From assembly GCA_051439665.1 (NCBI GenBank), contig JBFRWQ010000162.1, positions 1 through 41,363 of the forward strand: a stretch of 41,363 nucleotides of DNA, read 5' to 3'. The DNA comes from Microcystaceae cyanobacterium (GTDB lineage: Bacteria > Cyanobacteriota > Cyanobacteriia > Cyanobacteriales > Microcystaceae). Under the pieces are notes generated by a model. That model did no database searches, was not told the DNA's origin, and was given only the letters and a program-made list of their open reading frames with translations. Of this stretch, positions 19,009-27,291 are shown one piece after another. Numbering within the stretch: position 1 is the first letter of the stretch; every line of letters starts with the position of its first letter. The translations under genes and the position numbers were made by a program.

Positions 19009-20526
19009 TTAAATACTTTTATTCCAATATTCCAACCCTGTTATGATCACTTCTTCTAACCACTTTTTAAACCGCTCTATCAGTATATTTTCTTGATCAG
19101 CATAAGAAAATTGAAAAGGTGAATCTATTAATGCCTGTATATCTCCAATATTATAGTCATTATCTTCCGTATTGTTTTTATGATAAGCACAAGCAGAACA
19201 AACTAATAACCCTCGATATTCATGTCCTAAACTATGAAATGAAATAAGAATAATTGTCGGTACAGCAACATCAATCACTAATTGAATCCATTGATGATAA
19301 GTTTGAGTATTAGCAAAGTATTTGAGTTGTTTAGCCGTTTCTATCACCTGATAACGATGGTAATAAGACTTAGAATTATCATCAGGTGAGACGGTTATAA
19401 AAACATCAGCATTATCTATTATATTTTGAACCGATAATTTTATTTCGTCAGTAATTTCAGTCAAGCGCTGACAAGCTATATCAAACAACTGAGATGCAAA
19501 TTTTTCTACTGTACGATATTTATCGGTAATTGATGCTGTTTGATTTTGTTTCAGTTTATCAGCAATAGAAGCAAGAATAATTTGCGTGCGTTTTGCTTCT
19601 GACAATACTTGTTCTGATAATCCTAAACTTTGTATAAAAGCCTGTTTTTGACTTTTAGAAAATAAGTTAATTAAATGAGATAAGTCACCTTGATCTGCTT
19701 TTTCCAACGCCTCAATATAAATTTTTCGATCATCTCTATTAACAACTAAAGGAAACCATTCTGCTTGAATAAAAACTAAACTAGCTAGACATCTAGCTAC
19801 TCGACCATTTCCGTCTTGAAAAGGATGAATTTGTGTAAAACGATGATGTAACCATGCAGAATCGACTTCAGGCGACACTTTCTGCTGACAATGTTGATGA
19901 TGTAGTTCTATTAGTCTATCCATTTCTGATTGAACCTGTTCAGGGGGACAATATTCATGAATCAAACCATCATCTCTCATGGGATTATTAGGCTGTTTTT
20001 TCCAATCACCACTAATTAAGGAAATCCGAGTTAATGCTCCCGTAGAAGGTATTAATGCTTCTGTATAATCTTGATTTTGCGTTAATAACTGATGAATTTG
20101 TTTAATATAAAAAGTAGATAAGGTTCTTTGTCCACCGACAAAATCAAATAAGCCTGTTATGGCAGCTTCTTGATCTTTAATTAAAGCGACAACTTGTTTA
20201 ACAGAACGATCTGTTGTTCCATGAGGAATTAAAGCTTCATCGATTCCTTGTTCAATTAATAAACGAGTAATTCCTCGATCAATTGTATAGAGTCGTTCAA
20301 TAATTCCTGTCTCAATTGCTATCTCTCGACGCAATCTATCCATGAAAGTTTGAAATTCTCCAGATGAGCGAAGTCGATCTGCTTGTTCTTCCCATACTTT
20401 CACTAATGGGGGTAACTCATCATTGGCCAGAGATCGCCAATTATTCGGTAAATCTTCAATTGGTTTCCAATTCATATCTATTACTTCTCGATTTGCTTTA
20501 TATGTTGAGCATAACATACGGAACAT
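19009..20526 (-). CDS. Fic-domain protein (predicted AMPylase or related NMP-transferase) with a ~200-aa uncharacterised C-terminal extension
   Basis: Canonical Fic motif HPFQDGNGRVAR. 505 aa from the first ATG. An alternative start MNWKPIEDL lies at 20475. Confidence 0.85.
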   Translation of the reverse strand: MFRMLCSTYKANREVIDMNWKPIEDLPNNWRSLANDELPPLVKVWEEQADRLRSSGEFQTFMDRLRREIAIETGIIERLYTIDRGITRLLIEQGIDEALIPHGTTDRSVKQVVALIKDQEAAITGLFDFVGGQRTLSTFYIKQIHQLLTQNQDYTEALIPSTGALTRISLISGDWKKQPNNPMRDDGLIHEYCPPEQVQSEMDRLIELHHQHCQQKVSPEVDSAWLHHRFTQIHPFQDGNGRVARCLASLVFIQAEWFPLVVNRDDRKIYIEALEKADQGDLSHLINLFSKSQKQAFIQSLGLSEQVLSEAKRTQIILASIADKLKQNQTASITDKYRTVEKFASQLFDIACQRLTEITDEIKLSVQNIIDNADVFITVSPDDNSKSYYHRYQVIETAKQLKYFANTQTYHQWIQLVIDVAVPTIILISFHSLGHEYRGLLVCSACAYHKNNTEDNDYNIGDIQALIDSPFQFSYADQENILIERFKKWLEEVIITGLEYWNKSI

Positions 20527-20604
20527 AACAATTAATTAAAAGTTACTTTCGATTTACTAATCTGACATAATATCTTAAAAGAAAGATGAGGAATTAATTA
20601 CCTT

Positions 20605-20792
20605 ATGAAGCGTGGTGATTTAATTCATTATTTAAGAAAGTAAGAGTGTGAATCCTACGAGAAGGAGGTAATCATTCATGGTTGTGAAATCCTTCTTAAA
20701 ATAAGCACTCATCGATTCCAAGACATAACGAAATTGATCACAATTTAGCTAAAAAAATAGGTAAAGATTTGGGAATTATACCAATTAAATAA
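20605..20792 (+). pseudogene. hicA: Degraded HicA-family toxin gene (frameshift plus several in-frame stops)
   Basis: Frame a reads MKRGDLIHYLRK*ECE. A second frame reads LREGGNHSWL*NPS*NKHSSIPRHNEIDHNLAKKIGKDLGIIPIK*. Together they reconstruct a HicA-like sequence. Confidence 0.7.
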
Positions 20793-20884
20793 AAAGTAGA
20801 TTATTCATCGATTTGGTTGAATAAGTTGTCACTTGTTCCCTAAACTGTCTATGATAAGAGAAAATTTAGCAAGGAACGATCGCT

Positions 20885-21388
20885 ATGTTTAAATCATTGG
20901 TTGTGTGGGGATGTGCAGGACTTTGTTTACTCCTAGCACCTAAAATGGCTCTAGGACAAGCCAATCAACTAGAAATTAGACCAGATGCCTTAACACAAGG
21001 AGAATCGAGCCAAAACCAACTGTCTCCCCTTGAATTAAATCAGTTTTCTCAAGCGATTAAGCAATTACAAACCCTTGAGATGAGAAATCAACAAAAAATG
21101 ACAGCAGCGATCAAAGATGAAGGTTTATCTCCCGAAAGATATGTAGAAATTGAAAATACGGCACGTGATCGCACATTTCAACCTGAAACTCCTGTTACAT
21201 CAGAGGAAGAAGAAAAATTTATCAAAGCAGCAACTCGCATTCAAGAAATTTGGCAAGAAGCACAACCAAAGCGAGAAAAAGCTGTCACCACTCAGGGGTT
21301 AACTATTGAACGTTTCGCCCAAATTAACCAAATTGTTGGCCAAGATCCCGCTTTACAAAAGCAAATCCAACAAATCATCGGTCAGTAA
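20885..21388 (+). CDS. Secreted DUF4168-like protein
   Basis: N-terminal signal peptide (LVVWGCAGLCLLLAPKMALG) and two repeats of the L(S/T)xE(R)(Y/F) ... helical motif typical of DUF4168, as I recall it. Confidence 0.6.
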   Translation: MFKSLVVWGCAGLCLLLAPKMALGQANQLEIRPDALTQGESSQNQLSPLELNQFSQAIKQLQTLEMRNQQKMTAAIKDEGLSPERYVEIENTARDRTFQPETPVTSEEEEKFIKAATRIQEIWQEAQPKREKAVTTQGLTIERFAQINQIVGQDPALQKQIQQIIGQ

Positions 21389-21393
21389 TCTGG

Positions 21394-22554
21394 CTAAATT
21401 CCCGCAAATTCAAAGATTTCGTTAGCTGCGCGATCGCACACCCCAACTTCCCCTAACAGGGTTTGCATCGCCTGGTAATCTTGTAACATTTGCCCACGAC
21501 GCTGATCATTAAGCAGTAAATCCAAAGCTTCCTGAGTAATATTATCTGAGGTACAGTTTTCTTGAATTAACTCCGGAACAATTCCCTTATTTAACACAAT
21601 GTTAGGAGGGGAAAGATAGGGAACAGAAAACTTCATAATATTGCGTGCAATCCACATTGTAGCAGGATTTAAGCGATAAATTACCACTTGGGGGATATTT
21701 AATAGGGCAATCTCTAAATTCACTGTCCCTGACTTACAAATGGCTAAATCAGCCGCAGCGATCGCATCTAACGTCCGTCCTTCTAATAAAGTTGCTTGTA
21801 GCCCATAAGATTGCACGGCATGGGCAATTTTTTCTTTGTAAACGTCTAAAGACACCGCTATCAGAAAATGAACATCAGGTAATTTAGTTTGAATTTGTTG
21901 GGCTGCTTGACAAATACTTGGCAGTAAATAGGTCAATTCTTGGGGACGAGAGACAGGAAAGAGGGAAATAATCGTTTTATCTAAAGGAATCCCTAAATTT
22001 TGCCGAGCTTCCTCCTTACTTGGTGCATCATGTAATCTATCAATTAAAGGATGACCCACCCAGGAGACGGATACCCCCTGTTTTTCAAAAAATCGTGCTT
22101 CTTCGGGAAAAATCGCCAACAAACGATCCATTACCTTAACTAACTGACGAGTACTTCCTTTATTAGGAGCCCACACCCAAGACTGAGGGGCAATATAGTA
22201 GATAATAGGAACATCAGGGAAGCTTTGGCGAATATAATTACCGATCGCAATATTCGGTCCCATATAGTCAATTAGAATCACCACATCAGGGGGAGACTGT
22301 CCTAAAAAGCGCTTAACCTGTTGCTGAATTTTCCAAGTCGAAAAAATAAGGGGTAGCGCTTCAAAAATACCAATTGAACCGATCGCTGTTGTGCTATTAA
22401 GTAGTTTAGCCCCTGCTTTTTCCATCAGATCTCCCCCCAAGGCCAAAATCTCTAAATCAATTCCTTGGGTAAGCGCTTTACGTTTCAGGGCTTCAATGAG
22501 CATTGCTCCTTGTAAATCACCCGAAACTTCCCCTGTACTGATAAAAATTCTCAT
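21394..22554 (-). CDS. lpxB: Lipid-A-disaccharide synthase
   Basis: MRIFISTGEVSGDLQGAMLIEAL N-terminus, 386 aa, directly downstream of lpxA. Confidence 0.9.
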   Translation of the reverse strand: MRIFISTGEVSGDLQGAMLIEALKRKALTQGIDLEILALGGDLMEKAGAKLLNSTTAIGSIGIFEALPLIFSTWKIQQQVKRFLGQSPPDVVILIDYMGPNIAIGNYIRQSFPDVPIIYYIAPQSWVWAPNKGSTRQLVKVMDRLLAIFPEEARFFEKQGVSVSWVGHPLIDRLHDAPSKEEARQNLGIPLDKTIISLFPVSRPQELTYLLPSICQAAQQIQTKLPDVHFLIAVSLDVYKEKIAHAVQSYGLQATLLEGRTLDAIAAADLAICKSGTVNLEIALLNIPQVVIYRLNPATMWIARNIMKFSVPYLSPPNIVLNKGIVPELIQENCTSDNITQEALDLLLNDQRRGQMLQDYQAMQTLLGEVGVCDRAANEIFEFAGI

Positions 22555-22593
22555 TTTTTAACGATAATTAAGTTTTAATAACTGATGCCTGAA

Positions 22594-23436
22594 TTACTGT
22601 TTGCCTCGAATCAGTCCACGTCGGCCATCTTCAGTGGTAGAACGTTGCAGAAAATGACGAAAATGCTGGACATGGGGATGGTCTGAGAGGAGTTCTAATT
22701 GTTCTAAACCCTCTTTCATGGGGATATTAGAGCGATAAACGAGACGAAAGGCTTTTTTAATCAGATTAATTTCTTCTGAGGTTAAACCAGACCGTTTTAA
22801 GCCAACTAAGTTAAGTGATCGCACCCTAGAGGGATTTCCTTCTACAATGGTAAAGGGTGGTACATCCCGTTCAATGCGACTCATTCCTCCCACCATTGCT
22901 AAACGACCAATATGGACAAATTGATGTACCCCTAATACGCCACTAATGCGAGCCTTTGATTCAATATGAATATGACCCGCTAAAGCTACAGAATTAGCGA
23001 TAATCACCTCATTTTCAATGACGCAGTTATGGGCAACATGGGAGTAGGCCATCAACAGATTGTGATTGCCAATCACCGTTTCTTCTCCTTCTGCTGTGGC
23101 ACGGTTAATGGTGACATATTCCCGAATCGTATTATAGTCACCGATTTTGACCCAACTAGCATCCCCTTTATACTTTAAATCCTGTGGTGTTCCTCCAATC
23201 ACTGCACCTGCATAAATTTCATTATGTTGGCCAATATCAGTAAAGGGTTCAATCACCACATGGGGGCCGAGTTTGGTTTCCGCACCAATACTCACATTTT
23301 CGCCGATTACTGCATAAGGCCCCACTTGTACGCTCGGATGAACTTGCGCCAAAGGATGAATAACCGCCGTGGGATGAATCAGAGTCGTCAAGGGTTTGGT
23401 TTCCTTGTGTGGATGGGTCAGCATAAACTCAGTCAT
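22594..23436 (-). CDS. lpxA: Acyl-ACP--UDP-N-acetylglucosamine O-acyltransferase
   Basis: Left-handed beta-helix hexapeptide repeats (IHPTAVIHPLAQVHPSVQVGPYAVIG...) and a C-terminal helical domain. 280 aa. Confidence 0.9.
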   Translation of the reverse strand: MTEFMLTHPHKETKPLTTLIHPTAVIHPLAQVHPSVQVGPYAVIGENVSIGAETKLGPHVVIEPFTDIGQHNEIYAGAVIGGTPQDLKYKGDASWVKIGDYNTIREYVTINRATAEGEETVIGNHNLLMAYSHVAHNCVIENEVIIANSVALAGHIHIESKARISGVLGVHQFVHIGRLAMVGGMSRIERDVPPFTIVEGNPSRVRSLNLVGLKRSGLTSEEINLIKKAFRLVYRSNIPMKEGLEQLELLSDHPHVQHFRHFLQRSTTEDGRRGLIRGKQ

Positions 23437-23553
23437 AGCTTATCGAATATTAGCTACACAATAGCAAGGGAATAGGTAATGAGCAATGGGATCACGAAAC
23501 ACTCTTGACCTTTCACTGATGACTATCGTAAGTTTCACAAATACTATTTTAAG

Positions 23554-24342
23554 TTACCAAGCTTTTGGTTGAAATTTACGATCATTGAGAATAGTAACCG
23601 TCTCTCCTGATTGAGCTAAGACAAATAACCCTTTACGATAAGCGTAACGTGCCACATCTGACGGAACAACCATGCCTGCTATTGCCCCTAATGCTCTTGT
23701 GTCTTGATAACGGGGCAGAAATTCTTTAAATTTAGCTAACCTTTCTAAATGGTCATCTACATCTTGTTGGCTTACTTTCGATTTGACTTCTATGACAACA
23801 ACATCTGTATCATTGACCACTAATAAGTCTATTTCTAATCCTTCATTACCTCGTTGTGCTGAGATTTCTTTTGAGAGTGAATGAACCTCAATTCCTCTTT
23901 CTTGAAATAAACGAACTGCTGCTGGACGAACTTGCCATTCAACAAATTCCCCTAACCGATTGCCTAATTTACCAATTTGCTGATTGACTTGCTTAATTTG
24001 ACGTTCAGTTTCTTGGCGCTCTTCTCGGAGAAGGCGTTCAGTTTCTTGGCGCTCCTCTCGGAGAATACGTTCAGTTTCTTGGCGCTCCTCTCGGAGAATA
24101 CGTTCAGTTTCCTGAAAACGACGCTCGGTTTCTTGGCGCTCTTCTCGGAGAATACGTTCAGCTTCTTGAAAACGGCGCTCGGTTTCCTGAGCTAGGCGCT
24201 GAGTTTCCTGACGCTGACGCTCGGTTTCTTGAATAAGATGTTCAGTTTTCTGGCGTTCTTCTCGGAGAATGCGCTCGGTTTCTTGCCGTGCATCGGCTAA
24301 TTCGGCTAGGATTCGCCAAACATCATCTGCTGTGGTTGACAT
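23554..24342 (-). CDS. Coiled-coil repeat protein with a C-terminal PD-(D/E)XK-like domain (DUF3782-type as I recall)
   Basis: The N-terminal half is built of ERILREERQETER repeats. The C-terminal half contains EIDLLVV...VVVIEVKSK, a D...ExK arrangement. Confidence 0.65.
   Translation of the reverse strand: MSTTADDVWRILAELADARQETERILREERQKTEHLIQETERQRQETQRLAQETERRFQEAERILREERQETERRFQETERILREERQETERILREERQETERLLREERQETERQIKQVNQQIGKLGNRLGEFVEWQVRPAAVRLFQERGIEVHSLSKEISAQRGNEGLEIDLLVVNDTDVVVIEVKSKVSQQDVDDHLERLAKFKEFLPRYQDTRALGAIAGMVVPSDVARYAYRKGLFVLAQSGETVTILNDRKFQPKAW
24002..24285 (-). repeat. In-frame 33-bp (11-aa) tandem repeats, from near-perfect to degenerate
   Basis: CGTTCAGTTTCTTGGCGCTC(C/T)TCTCGGAGAA(T/G)(A/G) occurs three times in a row from 24002, followed by degenerate copies up to about 24285. 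Confidence 0.85.
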
Positions 24343-24448
24343 AATTAGAATTGACTTTTTTATGTTTCTTAACTTAATTATATCCTGATTTTTGTCTTAA
24401 TTACCAATTGATCAATGTCGGCTATCTGTTAATCTATTAATAAGATTT

Positions 24449-25429
24449 ATGATAACGCCTACACTGATGTCTTTAAAATTCTACCAAAACCTTCTAGAAA
24501 CCCTGAAGCAAGAAGAAATTGTTATTGCTACGGTTGTTAATATTCAAGGATCAGTTCCCAGGGAAATTGGGGCTAAGATGGTTATTAGTAGAGGGGGCCA
24601 AATGTTTAGTACTATTGGTGGGGGAGCAGGAGAAGCCAAAGTGTGCCACAAAGCGCAAGAGATTCTAGAAACGGGAAAAAAGCAATGGGTAACAATTGAT
24701 TTATCAGGGGCAACCCATAAACCCACTGAAGGAATTTGTGGTGGTGTTATGAAAGTATGGTTAGAAAAATGGTCGGGAGATGATGCAATTCAGTTAGTAG
24801 AATCGATTATTACTAAACTTAAATTAGGACAAAATGTCAAACTATTTACCCCTTTTTTATCTCAAGCTTATCCCTATCTACTAACGGACAATGAGATTGT
24901 TCCTGAGCCTGACACAGGCTTTATTGATACTTTACAACCCCCTCCTACTCTTTTAATTATTGGGGCTGGTCATGTGGGCATACAATTAGCTAAAATTGCC
25001 AGTCTAATTGGTTTTCAAGTGATTGTTCAAGATGACCGATCTGAGTGGGCAAATCAAGCCTATTATCCCCAAGCAGAACAGATTTTCACCACTCCCATTA
25101 CTACTGTTTTATCCCAATTAACCCACTGTCAAGGACTTCATATTGCAATGGTGACAAGAGGATATAAATATGATTTAGATGCTGTACAGGGAATTGTTGA
25201 CAACAATATTCAGTATCAATATTTAGGGATGATTGGCTCTAAAAAACGAGTTAGTAGGGTCAAAAAAGCGCTATTAGATTTAGGCTTTCCTCAATCTCAG
25301 CTAGATACTATTTATGCACCAATTGGGTTAGATATTGGCGCACTGACTCCTGAAGAAATTGCGGTTAGTATTGGCGCTGAACTCATTTTAGTCCAACGAG
25401 GAGGAACTGGACAGCCCTTGAGTCGCTAA
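24449..25429 (+). CDS. XdhC/CoxI-family accessory protein
   Basis: N-terminal XdhC_CoxI region (IATVVNIQGSVPREIGAKMV) and a C-terminal Rossmann-like domain (LLIIGAGHVG). Confidence 0.8.
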   Translation: MITPTLMSLKFYQNLLETLKQEEIVIATVVNIQGSVPREIGAKMVISRGGQMFSTIGGGAGEAKVCHKAQEILETGKKQWVTIDLSGATHKPTEGICGGVMKVWLEKWSGDDAIQLVESIITKLKLGQNVKLFTPFLSQAYPYLLTDNEIVPEPDTGFIDTLQPPPTLLIIGAGHVGIQLAKIASLIGFQVIVQDDRSEWANQAYYPQAEQIFTTPITTVLSQLTHCQGLHIAMVTRGYKYDLDAVQGIVDNNIQYQYLGMIGSKKRVSRVKKALLDLGFPQSQLDTIYAPIGLDIGALTPEEIAVSIGAELILVQRGGTGQPLSR

Positions 25430-25550
25430 ATGCTCTATTATGGTTAGAAGAATTATCAAAAGTATGATGATATTGTTTTTCCTTCAAGTATAATGATTAG
25501 CTCTAGCGCTTATCAATTACCCAACACAAAACCGTTTCTCTCCCAAAATT

Positions 25551-26882
25551 ATGACAGCGATCGCATGGAATAACCTACTTTCTGACCTCTCTAACTTAGA
25601 ACTTATCACTGATTCTAGTCAAATTACCAAACTATCCCTTGACTACTATCATTTTAGTCCAGTTCTTCAGCGACAGCTACAGGATAAACGGGCGGATCTT
25701 GTCATTCGTCCCAAAACGGAAGAAGAAATTCTACAAGTTGCGCAAACCTGCGTTAACTATCATATTCCTCTAACAGTGAGAGGTGCAGGGACAGGAAACT
25801 ATGGACAGTCTATTCCTTTAAAAGGGGGAATTGTGCTTGATTTAAGCAATATGAACCAAATTAAGTGGATTAAGCAAGGATGCGCCCGTATGGAAGCAGG
25901 TATCAAAATGGCTGCTTTTGATAAAGAAGCAAGAGAAATGGGTTGGGAATTACGGATGTTTCCTTCTACCTATCGTAAAGCAACCATTGGGGGGTTTATC
26001 AGTGGAGGAAGTGGAGGAATTGGTTCAATTACCTATGGACAATTAGCAGATCGGGGTAATATACAGGCAGTTAAAGTGATAACCTTAGAAGAGACTCCCC
26101 GTGTGCTAGAGTTAAGAGGGGATGAAGTGCAAAAAGTCAACCATGCTTACGGAACAAACGGAATTATTACAGAATTAGAACTTCCCCTAGCGCCAGCTTA
26201 TCCTTGGTCTGACTTTATTGTTATTTTCGATCAGTTGACGGATGGGATGGAGTTTGGACAGGCGTTAAGTGATAGTGATGGTATTATCAAAAAGTTAGTC
26301 AGTATCCATGATGAGCCTATTTGCCGTTATTTTGCACCGTTACAAGACTTTTTACCCCAAGGAAAATCTGCTGCTTTAGTTATGATTTCTCAATATGATG
26401 TGGAGTTATTTAAAGAATTAGTGAAAGAATATAAGGGAGAAATTAGTTATCATAAATCAGCACAAGAAACGAATAAAGGAACGTTATTACTAGAATTTAC
26501 TTGGAATCATACAACTCTTCATGCTCGTAACGTAGAGGAAAATTTAACCTATTTACAGACATTATATTTTAACTTAGAGAAAGTTAAAGAACTTAACGAA
26601 AAATTCAAAGATGAAGTGATTATCCATTTAGAATTCATCAGAATTGGCGGAAAAGCGATTCCTGCTGGTCTTCCTCTTGTCCATTTTACAACAGAAGAGC
26701 GACTGAACGAAATTATCCGCTATCATGAGGAAGCAGGAGTTTTTATTGCTAATCCTCATACTTTCATCCTAGAAGATGGAGGACGAAAGGTTGTTGATCC
26801 TCTACAGCTTGCTTTTAAGCAAGAAGTCGATCCTTATGGGTTAATGAATCCTGGGAAAATGCGTGCTTGGGAGCAGGGATAG
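25551..26882 (+). CDS. FAD-binding (PCMH-type) oxidoreductase
   Basis: RGAGTGNYGQ FAD-binding motif. 443 aa. Confidence 0.7.
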   Translation: MTAIAWNNLLSDLSNLELITDSSQITKLSLDYYHFSPVLQRQLQDKRADLVIRPKTEEEILQVAQTCVNYHIPLTVRGAGTGNYGQSIPLKGGIVLDLSNMNQIKWIKQGCARMEAGIKMAAFDKEAREMGWELRMFPSTYRKATIGGFISGGSGGIGSITYGQLADRGNIQAVKVITLEETPRVLELRGDEVQKVNHAYGTNGIITELELPLAPAYPWSDFIVIFDQLTDGMEFGQALSDSDGIIKKLVSIHDEPICRYFAPLQDFLPQGKSAALVMISQYDVELFKELVKEYKGEISYHKSAQETNKGTLLLEFTWNHTTLHARNVEENLTYLQTLYFNLEKVKELNEKFKDEVIIHLEFIRIGGKAIPAGLPLVHFTTEERLNEIIRYHEEAGVFIANPHTFILEDGGRKVVDPLQLAFKQEVDPYGLMNPGKMRAWEQG

Positions 26883-27291
26883 AAAAGAGCTAGGGTTGAC
26901 TAAGTAAGCAGTCCACCCTGCAACTCTCATGAACACTCAAAATAGACTAATTTCAACTTGATTAGCGCTTCACAAGAGATGAGCAAGATTCCGGAAAAAA
27001 AGTAAAAAAATCTTGAAGTCAGTAGAAAATCTTTTTGCGATCGTATTAAGCTTAATCCATTTTCCTTAAGTTGATGGGCGTAAGGCTTGCGCCCCTACAA
27101 AAGTATATTTTCTATAGTTAAAGTACAAAATGTTATGATTATTACATTTTATCCTTTGTTACCTGTTGTGCTTGTGCGTGCTGATCACCATAAAGTCAGG
27201 AGAGCTATCTTTAACTTTTTGCTTCGTTAAAACTGGTTATAATTAAAGTATAATTTTTCGTCACTGCATTGTCTAAAAAGGGACCGATTCT

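Noticed and set aside
23977-24195. 72-aa plus-strand ORF with its own repeats (FSFLALLSENT...).
   Set aside because: It is the antisense reading of the 33-bp tandem repeats of the minus-strand coiled-coil gene, so its repetitiveness is an artefact.
22594-24342. Absence of fabZ/lpxC directly upstream of lpxA, with the coiled-coil/nuclease-like gene in that position, considered as a possible insertion into the lipid A operon.
   Set aside because: I am not certain of the ancestral gene order in this lineage, so I cannot support this without comparative genomes.
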